A stretch of DNA of 64,000 bases, from IMG/VR virus record IMGVR_UViG_3300023210_000012. The stretch is one strand, 5' to 3'. The position numbers were made by a program, and so were the translations under genes. Position 1 is the stretch's first letter. Each line of letters opens with the position of its first letter. The notes under the pieces were generated by a model. The model made no database searches, had not been told where the DNA came from, and was given only the letters and a program-made list of their open reading frames with translations. Origin of the DNA: an uncultured virus (IMG/VR IMGVR_UViG_3300023210_000012). Lineage: Duplodnaviria > Heunggongvirae > Uroviricota > Caudoviricetes. This document shows positions 25,198 through 35,120 of the stretch, one piece after another.

Positions 25198-26076
25198 TTA
25201 CTCCTGTCCGGAATCCCTGGAAGTCGCCCCGGTCAAGTGGGTGAGGAAGTTGATGCCTGCGAGTAGGCGCGGCACAACTTGCCGTACTTCCTCGTGGACT
25301 TGGATCATCTCTTCAAGATCGGTGCGGTTGACGTCATTCAAAATTGACATCGCCGATTTGAGGTCTTCGGCAATATCACCAGCGCACTCAATCGCGCCAG
25401 TATTTGGGGTCCCGGCGGTATGGAGCTCGGTCAACGCGGTAACCGCGAAAGTCGTGCTCTCCTTCAGGAGTGTGTGCATCGCCTCAATGGCGTCAGACAT
25501 TTCTGCCAGCTCACTCGACTGAACGACCCCTGGAATGACGACGTCAGCGGCGAACTGCTCACCGATCGTCTCCTGCCACCACGTTTTGCGGCCCAGGCTC
25601 TTCAACTGAACTGCCATCGACAGGCGACGGTGGAGGTCACCCTTCACGTCGAGGGCGCCCGCAATGCCACGAATCATCGGGTCTGCGGCCTCGTGGTCCT
25701 CTGCGAGGAGGAACTCGACGGCTCGCTTCGCCGTCTCCATGACCTCGGTTCCGATATCCCCGACAGGTGTGGGGACGGAGAACACATCGGCTTTGCCGAA
25801 TGTGAGGTTGCCATCTTCTTCGGCTACGGGGATCCGCATCAGGACCCCTTCCTTGCGAGCAATGGCGTGGTGGGGGTAGCTGGCAATAAGCTCAGCCGGT
25901 CCTCCATCCCAGTCATTACTTTTAAGAGCTTCTGAGATGCGATCACGACGAGCTTCAAGCGAACCCTCCTTGAGCTTAGTGATGAGGTCAACCTCACCAC
26001 GGGCAGCTCGGAGTGCTTCTGCAATAGTCGAATCGTTTGACATAGATGTCTCCGTTAGTGATGGTTCTAAGTCCAT
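25198..26076 (-). CDS. Hypothetical head-operon protein (start probably MSNDST at ~26043)
   Basis: Long ORF abutting the next gene; GGAG precedes the internal ATG. Confidence 0.65.
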   Translation of the reverse strand: MDLEPSLTETSMSNDSTIAEALRAARGEVDLITKLKEGSLEARRDRISEALKSNDWDGGPAELIASYPHHAIARKEGVLMRIPVAEEDGNLTFGKADVFSVPTPVGDIGTEVMETAKRAVEFLLAEDHEAADPMIRGIAGALDVKGDLHRRLSMAVQLKSLGRKTWWQETIGEQFAADVVIPGVVQSSELAEMSDAIEAMHTLLKESTTFAVTALTELHTAGTPNTGAIECAGDIAEDLKSAMSILNDVNRTDLEEMIQVHEEVRQVVPRLLAGINFLTHLTGATSRDSGQE

Positions 26077-26295
26077 CAGTGACCGTGGGCAAGGGCAATT
26101 TCAACAAGGGATAGATGCGTCCCGCCAGAATCGATCAATTAAGCGATCCCCAGAGCGCATTAAGTGGGTTCTGATATCAGCATTTCGCCAAATGATGCCT
26201 AATAAAGGGCATCTACATCAATACCTTGCAGACATTGATGATTCTGATAGACTCGGTGAGTCTGATCGACTCTTTCGAGGGAATACGAGCGAGGC

Positions 26296-26793
26296 ATGCT
26301 AATCACTATGGCGCCAGATAATGTCCGGCTTAACTACACGATTTCTAATTCGATAGACGATCTCCTCTCCGGCTACTGCGAGATCACGGGTCGGACCGCA
26401 TCGGACCTAGTGAGACAGCTCGTATGCGAGGTCCTTGAGGACGACCGCCCATTGCCCCCTCCGGCGGATATCGTCGCCTTTGTGCGTGATGGTGATCGCA
26501 GAGATCGACGGACGGACATGTGGATGTCAGCTCATTCATTAACCACATTCGATAAAAAGCTGACCGAGGACGGATACCCAGGCAAAAGCGCGGTGATCGC
26601 GTTCCTGCTTAATGAGTTCTTGTCTACAAGAGCAAACCATGCTGGCACTGAAATGGTGAGGATCGCACCTTTCATTGACCGGATCACCTTCACCAAATTG
26701 GCGATGGTGGCTGCTGATCGCCAGCAGCCAGTCGAAGAACTAGTCTACGATCTATGCAAAGCATTTGTAACTCAAGGTAAGCCAACAACTTAA
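26296..26793 (+). CDS. Ribbon-helix-helix-like DNA-binding protein
   Basis: Repeated RHH-like units (VRLNYTI...TASDLVRQLV; TDMWMS...KSAVIAFLL). Confidence 0.55.
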   Translation: MLITMAPDNVRLNYTISNSIDDLLSGYCEITGRTASDLVRQLVCEVLEDDRPLPPPADIVAFVRDGDRRDRRTDMWMSAHSLTTFDKKLTEDGYPGKSAVIAFLLNEFLSTRANHAGTEMVRIAPFIDRITFTKLAMVAADRQQPVEELVYDLCKAFVTQGKPTT

Positions 26794-26819
26794 GCGCTTT
26801 ACCGCCAAGGAGCATCACA

Positions 26820-27701
26820 GTGGCAGCACCACACAACAACATCCCGAACCTAGAAGTGTTCGGCAAAGGGCGCGGCGACTTCAGGCTGCCGTGCGGCTAT
26901 GTCAGCGCCGAGGGTCGTGTTTACAACCATGTCTACCTCCGAGAAATGTCTGGTCTGGAGGACGACATTATGGGAGACGACGATCTGCACCTATCAGATC
27001 GTATGACTCAGATCATTGGCAACTGCATCGAAAAGCTCTCCACGATAAGCAAGGAGGGCGCAGGCCCTCAGATGATCACCGATCGAGACGAGATCATGGG
27101 CGCTGTGGGTGATGATCTGAAAGGTGGATTGGCGTTCACAATTGCGGACCGCATGGCGTGTTTGCTCTACATTCGTCGGCTGTCTCTTGGTGACAACTAC
27201 AAGGTGGACGGGCGCATTTGCCCAGGGTGCAACAAGCCGCTCCACAACAAGCGCATCGACCTGTCTAAGCTAGAGGTTGGCTTCTGCAAAGACGCTACGA
27301 AGCGCAATGTGCGGGTCAAGCTGCCCAAGAGTAAGAAGACGGCCACTCTCACAGTTCTCGCGGCTTCGGGAGAGCGTCGTGTGTCTGAGGCGCGTCCCAC
27401 AGCCAAGAACGCTCGATCCTACGCCATCCTCGGACGGCTGGTCTCAATCGATGACTACGCCGTTACCGGCGAGAATGACGTTGAGGACCTGAAGGTAGTT
27501 CAAAGTCTGCCTCGCGTAGATCGCATTCACCTCATTAACGTAATCAACATCATGGAAGGGAGTATCGAGACAGAGATCGAAATCAATTGCAATCGACCCG
27601 GCTGTCAGACCGAGTTCAAATTTGACTTGGATTTGGGCCAGGTTTTTTTCTCCAACCCCGAGGAGGAAGAGCTCAGCGTGGAGACTCTGGACTGGGTGTA
27701 G
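26820..27701 (+). CDS. Tail/baseplate assembly chaperone (gp26-like / G-type)
   Basis: LPCG, LREMSGLEDDI, DRMACLLYIRRLSLG, CPGC and CNRPGC; AAGGAG RBS; upstream of the tape measure gene. Confidence 0.75.
   Translation: MAAPHNNIPNLEVFGKGRGDFRLPCGYVSAEGRVYNHVYLREMSGLEDDIMGDDDLHLSDRMTQIIGNCIEKLSTISKEGAGPQMITDRDEIMGAVGDDLKGGLAFTIADRMACLLYIRRLSLGDNYKVDGRICPGCNKPLHNKRIDLSKLEVGFCKDATKRNVRVKLPKSKKTATLTVLAASGERRVSEARPTAKNARSYAILGRLVSIDDYAVTGENDVEDLKVVQSLPRVDRIHLINVINIMEGSIETEIEINCNRPGCQTEFKFDLDLGQVFFSNPEEEELSVETLDWV
27644..27650 (+). other. Predicted -1 ribosomal frameshift site T TTT TTC
   Basis: In-frame CAG GTT TTT TTC; the -1 frame is open from a TGA at 27623 through to the stop at 28021. Confidence 0.75.
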
Positions 27702-27739
27702 AAACCCCCGTCATCTACGACCAGTCCGGCTGGTGGACT

Positions 27740-28021
27740 GTGGATGGCCCCAGGTTCTTTGCGTTTTCCCCACTCGGGTCAAAATCGCAGCTTGAAATCG
27801 ACATGCTAATTCTGGCCAAGGTATTTCACTGGTCACCAGAGTCAGTCATGAACATGACCTCATCAAGACGTCGGAGGATGCTCCGATTGCAAGAAGAGGT
27901 CACACGGCAGGAAAACGCAGCAAGTAAAGGTCAAACAACAAATCTACAGCCATCAGTTCCGACAGGTATCGAGCCAGCACATACTTCTTCGGAGGCGATT
28001 AGCTTAGACTACGGCGTATAG
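27740..28021 (+). CDS. Tail chaperone downstream (GT/GpE-like) segment, probably made as a frameshift fusion
   Basis: LAKVFHWSPESVMNMTSSRRRR motif; no clear RBS; in the -1 frame relative to 26820..27701. Confidence 0.7.
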   Translation: MDGPRFFAFSPLGSKSQLEIDMLILAKVFHWSPESVMNMTSSRRRRMLRLQEEVTRQENAASKGQTTNLQPSVPTGIEPAHTSSEAISLDYGV

Positions 28022-28042
28022 GAGCATCAAAAGGAAGACGGC

Positions 28043-31000
28043 ATGCCTAGGAACCCAAACTACGCAATCCAAGGAGAGTTTCGTGGTGCACGCGCCATCA
28101 TCACGAACCTTAACCAAATTGCATCTCAACTAGATGTAACTCGGATCGCCGCTACCAAGACGTTTGCCATTGATCGACAGATCAAGAATTTTGGCATTCA
28201 GATGGGACTCAATCGCCAACAGACGACGCAGATGGCAGACACGATTACCGGTCTGTCCAACGTCACTGGACTGAGTACCGAAAAGACGGGCGCACTCGTC
28301 AACGCAATGGCTGCGGCCGGACTAACCGCCGAAGACTTGGACAAGAGTCTTAAGGGACAAAAGGACACCTTCGGGGCCATCAGTAAGGGCGGCGCCAAGA
28401 ACCTTGAGATGATGGCCGAGCTGACCGGTCGACATGGTCTAGCTGCGTCCGCCGTTATCAAGACGAACAAGTCGCTTAGTCACATGGGATCGTCCCTGGG
28501 GGATTTGTCAGACGATGTCACCAAGTGGCAGAAGGAATACAAGATCCCCGGAATGATCGGCCAGATCCCTATAGCCGTGTCATTCGCCGAGAAGTCCGTT
28601 GTGGAGTTCGGAGCACTCCTCGGAGTTAACTCGCGGGATATGGTCGAAAATACGATAAAGCTCGGTGCTACCTTCGCGAAGGTCTACGGGACAGACATCG
28701 CTGGCGGGATCGCTAAAGCTCAGCAGCACCAGCAGCACTTCATGCAGCAGTCTGCGACAAACAAGAAGGTATTCCTCGGATTGGCGGATAGCTTTAGCCC
28801 TCTCACCAATGCCTTATTTGAAGCTGGTCTGCAGTTCAGCGAAGTCGATGAGTTGATAACTAAGGGTCAAGATAATCCAGCCGAATTTGCTGATCAAATT
28901 TTGAAGATGCGCGATGCGATGCTCGCGACAGGCCCGGCCGGGGAGATGATGGCAGGCCGCTTGATGGAGCAGGTAAGGGCGTCATCTTCCGAGACCGTAC
29001 AGGATATGCTCCAGTTCCCGAGCAAGATTAAAGAGTCGTTTGAGGCTGCGAGTGCGGCCGAGAAGGAGGCGGCGTCTAATTTTGGAAAGGGGAAAGCAAC
29101 TTTCGCTCAAATGTCCGGCGCACTCCGTAAAGTTGGAGCTACGGCGCTCGACACCCTCAAAAACCTTCTAGACCTTGGGAAGTCCATTATTGGGCTTTCA
29201 ATAGTGGACGACGCCTCGAAATCTTTCGAGGATCTCCATGACTGGGCGAAGGCTCTCAACCTCAGGATCAAGGGCCTTGCAACCAGCTTCGCTGATTGGC
29301 GGGACGAAAACAAACCTGTTGTTGCTCAGATTCAGAAGCTGATTAAGTACGGCGCCATCCTCGGAGCTACTGCTGCCACGCTGGCCTCAGCTGTCGGTGC
29401 TCTGGTCCTGCCGTTCACATCTTTGAAGGTACTTCTGACTAGACTCCCGATCGTAGGCGGTCCGGTTTCTAGTCTCTTCGGCGGTCTTGGGAAGATCGCC
29501 ATGACTCTCGGCAAGAAGATCCTGTTCCCGCTTACGGCTATCGCGGCCGTTGTTACGGCTATCGAGGGGTTTGGTAAAGCCCTGGCCGACCCGAACCTCG
29601 GCGGCGCTGAGGCGATGCTGAAGGGAGTTGAAAGCGTCTTTGTTGGCATCGTTGACCTCGTCGATGGGCTACTGATGGGCATCCCAACAAAGATCGTGAA
29701 GTTCTTCTTCCCTAAAATGCGGGGTACACTCGCAGATGGTACTCGTCGTTTGTTCCTCCACCTCCAAGCGGAGATGGTTCGAGCCGGTAATTCCTCGTTC
29801 TCAGAGGTGTTCACCAGAATCGGCATTTGGATGGGCGAAAAGCTCGACAACATCTGGGCCAACATGAAGGGGAAACTTGAGGGCTGGAAGACCGGTGCTC
29901 GTGAAATGGGTAAGAACATCGGTCGAGTCTTGGGTCGACTGGGAAAGTGGGCCTGGGACGGCATCAAAGAGCTGTTCAAAGTCAGTAACTGGCAGAAGGC
30001 GTGGAAAGCCGTCACCGAATGGTTCGCCTCTGATACGGATCTCAATAACTCTTTCATGAACATCTTGGGAGGGGTTTGGGACGTCGTGTCAGAATTTTCT
30101 GCTGGGGTTGCCGAGGAGATATTCTTGAGCTTTGGGTCCAGCCTGGAGGAGGTTAAGGCGTCGTTCCAGGATGTCGGAGATTGGTTCCAGGACTGGGCAG
30201 ATTGGTTCAAAGACGTAGCAATGGCTCCGATTACCGCAACGTGGTTAGAGGTAAAAGCGGATGCCTTAGAGGTATGGTCAGCCTTGGTCGTAGAAACGTC
30301 AAAGACGTGGAACACCATTAAGTACTCAATGGCCACAGCCATCGGCTGGATAATTGAGCATACATTCGGGCCGCTGTTGCAGGGCTACGCAAAGGTAGCA
30401 ATGGCGATGGCTGAGGCCAGTTATGCAGCTAACGGCGAGGAGGCTGACCTGTTAAAGGCGAACGCTCTCTACAAAGAGCGAATGAAGGTCGCCGATGCCA
30501 CAGCCGCCTCTCTGGGCAAAGAGGCCGAGGCATCGATAAAAGCGAGCACAATCAAGACAAAGGGGATCGAAGAAGCGGCAAAGGCAGCTCGGACGGCTGC
30601 GGACGGTTACGCGACTATTTTCGCTGAAGAAGAAAAGAGGGGTAAGGCGTCTTACAAGCTCAAGGCTGAGGCGCGTGATAAGAATGCAAGAGAGCGACGA
30701 GGCCGTGCTGAGCAGACAGCGAAATCTAAGCACCTCCGCCGTAAAGCTGTACACGATGAAAAGCTCGCCCAGGGCGCAATCGCCGACAAGATGCGCGGCG
30801 GATTTATTGGCCGTACCGAGGCCCTGATGGGTCGTCTTGCCCACTACCAAGGCCAGTACGCCAAGGCGGGCAAGATTGAATTCGCGGATCGCATCGGTTC
30901 AACAATGTCGCAGATGAGCGAGAACATTGACAAGTTCACGGTCATGCACGATCCAAACAAGATGATGTCTCTCATGAAGGAGACAGAAGGCCTTGTCGGG

Positions 31001-31318
31001 TCACAGGTGCTTGGCGAGGCTAAGGCTAGTGATGCCTACAAGACGGCAGGATCGGCTGACCCGTCACAAGCTGTTCAGGAGAACGTGCGTAAGGCCACTG
31101 CAAAGGCAGTCCCAACCCCGGCCGGGGCTGCGTCAGCGGGGCTTGGCCCGGTTGCCCCCGGTCAGGGACAAGGTCAAGGGGCGTTCTGGGACAAACCTCC
31201 CGCGTGGTGGCAGGTTCCGCCCCATTTCCAGGTCGGACTCGCTGCGAATGCTCAAGAGAGTCTCAAAGTGAAGGCTGATGAGAATGATCTAGCCGGAAAG
31301 ACTGGAGCCGGTCAATAA
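28043..31318 (+). CDS. Tape measure protein
   Basis: 1091 aa, Ala/Gly-rich helical with a hydrophobic middle and periodic Trp; follows the chaperones. Confidence 0.8.
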   Translation: MPRNPNYAIQGEFRGARAIITNLNQIASQLDVTRIAATKTFAIDRQIKNFGIQMGLNRQQTTQMADTITGLSNVTGLSTEKTGALVNAMAAAGLTAEDLDKSLKGQKDTFGAISKGGAKNLEMMAELTGRHGLAASAVIKTNKSLSHMGSSLGDLSDDVTKWQKEYKIPGMIGQIPIAVSFAEKSVVEFGALLGVNSRDMVENTIKLGATFAKVYGTDIAGGIAKAQQHQQHFMQQSATNKKVFLGLADSFSPLTNALFEAGLQFSEVDELITKGQDNPAEFADQILKMRDAMLATGPAGEMMAGRLMEQVRASSSETVQDMLQFPSKIKESFEAASAAEKEAASNFGKGKATFAQMSGALRKVGATALDTLKNLLDLGKSIIGLSIVDDASKSFEDLHDWAKALNLRIKGLATSFADWRDENKPVVAQIQKLIKYGAILGATAATLASAVGALVLPFTSLKVLLTRLPIVGGPVSSLFGGLGKIAMTLGKKILFPLTAIAAVVTAIEGFGKALADPNLGGAEAMLKGVESVFVGIVDLVDGLLMGIPTKIVKFFFPKMRGTLADGTRRLFLHLQAEMVRAGNSSFSEVFTRIGIWMGEKLDNIWANMKGKLEGWKTGAREMGKNIGRVLGRLGKWAWDGIKELFKVSNWQKAWKAVTEWFASDTDLNNSFMNILGGVWDVVSEFSAGVAEEIFLSFGSSLEEVKASFQDVGDWFQDWADWFKDVAMAPITATWLEVKADALEVWSALVVETSKTWNTIKYSMATAIGWIIEHTFGPLLQGYAKVAMAMAEASYAANGEEADLLKANALYKERMKVADATAASLGKEAEASIKASTIKTKGIEEAAKAARTAADGYATIFAEEEKRGKASYKLKAEARDKNARERRGRAEQTAKSKHLRRKAVHDEKLAQGAIADKMRGGFIGRTEALMGRLAHYQGQYAKAGKIEFADRIGSTMSQMSENIDKFTVMHDPNKMMSLMKETEGLVGSQVLGEAKASDAYKTAGSADPSQAVQENVRKATAKAVPTPAGAASAGLGPVAPGQGQGQGAFWDKPPAWWQVPPHFQVGLAANAQESLKVKADENDLAGKTGAGQ

Positions 31319-31624
31319 ATGGGAGTTAAACGAAACCCAACTGGACCACTTACCACGTCGACTCTGCGTCGAGTGAACGAGGTAATCTTCTGGGCGCCAA
31401 CCAGGCCCCCGGAGATCCTGCCTCGTGACGATGATGTTGTCTATCTCATCCGCAGTCACGACCGCCTCGACAACATTGCAGCGGAGCAGCTCCTGGATGA
31501 ACAACTGGGCTGGGTCATTCTCCACCGGAACGACCTCCGCCTAGCTCCCAACGATCTCGTACCTGGTCACAGGATCTTTATCCCGACTAGGGCGAGCTTG
31601 CAGGCACGGGGGATCGTTAAGTGA
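31319..31624 (+). CDS. LysM-like/tail X-type baseplate protein
   Basis: YLIRSHDRLDNIA...WVILHRN...PGHRIFIP. Confidence 0.7.
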   Translation: MGVKRNPTGPLTTSTLRRVNEVIFWAPTRPPEILPRDDDVVYLIRSHDRLDNIAAEQLLDEQLGWVILHRNDLRLAPNDLVPGHRIFIPTRASLQARGIVK

Positions 31625-33300
31625 GTCAAGCGGGCGCCAAACTTCCAGACGATAGTGCCGATCCTGTATCTGGGTCCTCCCAGACCGGCAACGTCGGTGA
31701 TCTGTTTGCGCCATTCTTTCGAGTGCAGTTTAAGAACGTCTCCAAGGAGCAAGTCGCTAACCAAAGAAACCAGGATCAGTTCGACATCGATCAAATAAAC
31801 GACGCGCTTGCACTCGTTCCAGGTGCAGATCCACTTGCGGGCGCAACGAATGTATCGGCTCTCGGGAGCATCATCTCCAATCTTGGAAGTTCAGATTTCT
31901 CTGAGCAAGAATCCTTGGTTCCAGGAGATGATTCGTTCGCGCTCGATTCCAGACTGCTCCAGAATATAGCCGCGAATCTGAAGATTGAATCAAAGGCTGG
32001 GTCCCCGTTGAAGTTCACGCTGGTTCTGACCCCTCCATACGATGATGGGATCAGGCTGCTGAACAATAAACTGCTTAACTTCGGAACCCTAGTAAAGGTT
32101 CAATGGGGCTACGCGGGTTGGGGAGGGGCCACCATTCTTAGCGATGTCTATGTGTTCCGGAACAACTATCCGCAGGCCCAATTTGGGGAGGATATTTCGA
32201 TCACCGTTTCTGGGCATGACCTGACCTACTCTGTTGGTTCTAGGAACACAGGTCGTAGGAACTGGCTGTTCAAAGAGTACAAGAACGATTGCGAGATCGT
32301 AGCTGAGATCGTAGGCCGAACTCAGACCCTTCTAGACATCTCGGCAGTGCCGGAAGATTCAACCTTCCTTACCGGAGCGAACAGGCCGGTAGAAGAGGGG
32401 CCCCCAGCCCCTCCAGGCGGGGTTATGCAGCAGGTCACAGATTGGGCCCTCATTAGAAGACTGTGCCGTGACCACTCGTTGACCTTCACATCATCGAGCA
32501 ACACGTTCCGCATTTTTTCTTTGCACGATTCGTCTAAGGACAACACCTACTCCTATCGGTTTCTTTATCGTCAAGCCCCTGAGGGGCCGAACGATATACC
32601 CGTCATGAACATTAACGGGAATCTGCAACCGTGGGTTTTCCTACCAGTATCCGGTAGAGGGTTAGTTTCTTACAAATACGATCCTGATGCTGACGGTGAC
32701 GACAAAAGCTCAATGGTTGAGGACACTGGGGCAGACTCAGACAAACCCCTGCTCGGTCCGGGAAGCGGTGAGCCCGGTAAGACCACAGGGAACTCTCCCG
32801 AGGATGCTGGAATTCTTTTCGATAAAGGAAGCGGAGTAAGCGAGCCGGACGAAGAGATAGGCCCTACTACACCGTCACCCGCAAACGAGAAGGATAAGGA
32901 TCTTCCTAACGTGCTATCCACTCCAGCTAAAGGCCACAACGCTAATCAGAAAGCTGCGGCCGTAGTCAAGGAGGCGCAGACATTTTCCCACCCCAAGGTG
33001 GGGGTGACCGCCCCAGGTGTTGTTGATATGTGGCCTGGTGTAGTTGTGCAACTTGAGGGCACTAGCGTCCTGTTTGATGGTCCTTACTACGTCTTGAATG
33101 CGACGCACACCATCGGGAATAGCGGCTATGACATGCAGCTTGAATTGATGCGACTCACGGTTAAAGGGCACGATGTGAAAAAGCCGAAAGACGTGCGCTC
33201 GCCGACAACCGGGGCTGGCGGAGGGGATGCTACTGCAAGTGCAATTGAGGAAGAGAAACTAGACCTTCAAAAGGACCAAGTCCTCAATCTGGGGAATTAG
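31621..33300 (+). CDS. Baseplate hub / late control D-like protein
   Basis: VQWGY, QQVTDWALIRRL and FDGPYYVLNATHTI; position between the LysM-like and spike genes. Confidence 0.7.
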   Translation: MSQAGAKLPDDSADPVSGSSQTGNVGDLFAPFFRVQFKNVSKEQVANQRNQDQFDIDQINDALALVPGADPLAGATNVSALGSIISNLGSSDFSEQESLVPGDDSFALDSRLLQNIAANLKIESKAGSPLKFTLVLTPPYDDGIRLLNNKLLNFGTLVKVQWGYAGWGGATILSDVYVFRNNYPQAQFGEDISITVSGHDLTYSVGSRNTGRRNWLFKEYKNDCEIVAEIVGRTQTLLDISAVPEDSTFLTGANRPVEEGPPAPPGGVMQQVTDWALIRRLCRDHSLTFTSSSNTFRIFSLHDSSKDNTYSYRFLYRQAPEGPNDIPVMNINGNLQPWVFLPVSGRGLVSYKYDPDADGDDKSSMVEDTGADSDKPLLGPGSGEPGKTTGNSPEDAGILFDKGSGVSEPDEEIGPTTPSPANEKDKDLPNVLSTPAKGHNANQKAAAVVKEAQTFSHPKVGVTAPGVVDMWPGVVVQLEGTSVLFDGPYYVLNATHTIGNSGYDMQLELMRLTVKGHDVKKPKDVRSPTTGAGGGDATASAIEEEKLDLQKDQVLNLGN

Positions 33301-33301
33301 T

Positions 33302-34744
33302 ATGGAATTTACAGCTAACTCAGTAGTGAGATGGATCTCAAACGTAACCGAGCTCGGGCTAGAGTTCGCGTCGAGGCGCTACTACGGGCTCTACGGAGCC
33401 ACTGTAGAGTCGAACGATGACAGGCGCCAGCAAGGACGTGTCTCAGCGAGAATTGGCGTCTTAGCAATCGGGACTACGGACGCGGCTAAAGTTTTTACTC
33501 CGGACGTTCACCCGGAAATGCTCATGCCTATGTCCATTTACGCAGGGGTCGAGCACGGCATCTACTTCCCTCCAGAAGACGGTGATTCGATCTACGTGTC
33601 CTTCGATCACGGTGATGGTCAAGCCCCTCGACAGGTCGGAAGTTTCTGGTCGAACCCAAACGCGTCGAAGGCGGCTAGCACATCTCACCTACCGACCGAA
33701 TTCAAAGCCAAAAAGGGGAAGGGCATTCCACTGAAGCGTGGAATCAAGACTGGGTTCGGCCATGGTCTGATCTTCTGCGATGACCCAGAGGAGCCCTATG
33801 TGGCGATCTGGAGCGGCGAGCAGCTAGGAAAAGACGACAAGGGGCGTCCTAAGCAGGGTGAGGCTCGGCGCAGTCAGCAGATCACGCTCTCTGATACGAC
33901 GGCCGCTCCCACTGTGAGGGATGAAACAGTTGAGGAAGGCATTTACGCCGACACGATCTACGGTCACCGCATCGCTCTTAACGACACATCCAAATACATC
34001 ATGATCTCCGGACTCCGAGCTGATGTAGATGGAATCAATGCCAACTCGATCAAGATAGAAGACATACCTGGCAAGGTCACGGTTAAGACAGCTGGTCCAG
34101 CAGGCTTAGCGCATACGATCGACCTTGATAACAAGACTGGCCTGATCACAATTCAGTCAAGAGTTGGGCCCACTCAGTCTGTCGTTATCGACTCGAACAC
34201 CGGGAACATCAACGTGACTGCTACTGGGGCTCTAACCATGTCCGCTGCTGGAGGCATCGCGATGGGCTCTGGGGCTGCGCCACCTGCTCCTAGTGGTCCT
34301 GGGGTTGCAGTCGAGACAGGGGTCGGTGCGAAGATCATCAACTTCGTAGGAGCTGTCACTGAGACGCTGGGATCGTTTGCCCAGACGGCCGCGACCGTGG
34401 CGATTACTGCGACCACATCGATGCTCATTACTACGCCTTCCCTGATCATTAACTCGGGGATCTTCAACGTCCCCGCAGCGGCTGTGTCTCTGGGGCCCCC
34501 TGGAACGGGGATCGTGTTGTTCGGCGGGCTCGTCACCATCGGTAACCCGGCTACTGCCAGGAACCTGGCCAATGACCTTCTTGTAGACTTTGTGCTTAAT
34601 CACGAGCACCCTCTCGGAGACTCAGGCTCGCCGACCGGAATACCTACTCCAGGGCCTATCAGCACGCTTGCCCCTGGATTCGTTGGAAACGCTTTGCCCC
34701 CTATTACCTTGGCCCAATACGCATCAATCATGAAGTCGACCTAA
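33302..34744 (+). CDS. Central spike protein (gp5/gpV/VgrG-like OB fold and beta-helix)
   Basis: YYGLYGATVESNDD..QGRV, GIYFPPEDGDSIYVSFDHGD and a C-terminal HEH metal-binding-type motif. Confidence 0.8.
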   Translation: MEFTANSVVRWISNVTELGLEFASRRYYGLYGATVESNDDRRQQGRVSARIGVLAIGTTDAAKVFTPDVHPEMLMPMSIYAGVEHGIYFPPEDGDSIYVSFDHGDGQAPRQVGSFWSNPNASKAASTSHLPTEFKAKKGKGIPLKRGIKTGFGHGLIFCDDPEEPYVAIWSGEQLGKDDKGRPKQGEARRSQQITLSDTTAAPTVRDETVEEGIYADTIYGHRIALNDTSKYIMISGLRADVDGINANSIKIEDIPGKVTVKTAGPAGLAHTIDLDNKTGLITIQSRVGPTQSVVIDSNTGNINVTATGALTMSAAGGIAMGSGAAPPAPSGPGVAVETGVGAKIINFVGAVTETLGSFAQTAATVAITATTSMLITTPSLIINSGIFNVPAAAVSLGPPGTGIVLFGGLVTIGNPATARNLANDLLVDFVLNHEHPLGDSGSPTGIPTPGPISTLAPGFVGNALPPITLAQYASIMKST

Positions 34745-34745
34745 C

Positions 34746-35114
34746 ATGACCAGAATCAAAGGAATCTCAGTCCCCTTCAAGTTCACGAGTCGTGGTTATC
34801 CAGAGTCGTGTGTGGATGAGAAGTGTCTTCACGACTCCGTATTCACAATCCTAAGCACGATTCCAGGAGAACGCGTAATGCGGTCGACCTTCGGGTCTTA
34901 CCTACGCATTATTCTGTTCGATTCGATCTCAAGGGCCACCGGGTTCCGCGCTCGTGCTGAGGTGTTTCGGGCCATTTCAGTATGGGAGCCAAGGGTCGCT
35001 GTTCAAGATGTTTTGTTCGAGCTGGACGATACTACGATCACCCTCCATGTAACATGGAGGTCTAGTGGAAACCTTGAAGCCAGAACGACTTTGGCCCTCC
35101 CACGAGTGGTGTAA
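34746..35114 (+). CDS. gp25: Baseplate wedge protein, gp25/GPW family
   Basis: ILSTIPGERVMRSTFGS and WEPRV. Confidence 0.88.
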   Translation: MTRIKGISVPFKFTSRGYPESCVDEKCLHDSVFTILSTIPGERVMRSTFGSYLRIILFDSISRATGFRARAEVFRAISVWEPRVAVQDVLFELDDTTITLHVTWRSSGNLEARTTLALPRVV

Positions 35115-35120
35115 CGGACA

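Noticed and set aside
29332..30342. 336-aa minus-strand ORF (likewise 24424..25266 on the + strand)
   Set aside because: Antisense shadows of the tape measure and head-operon genes.
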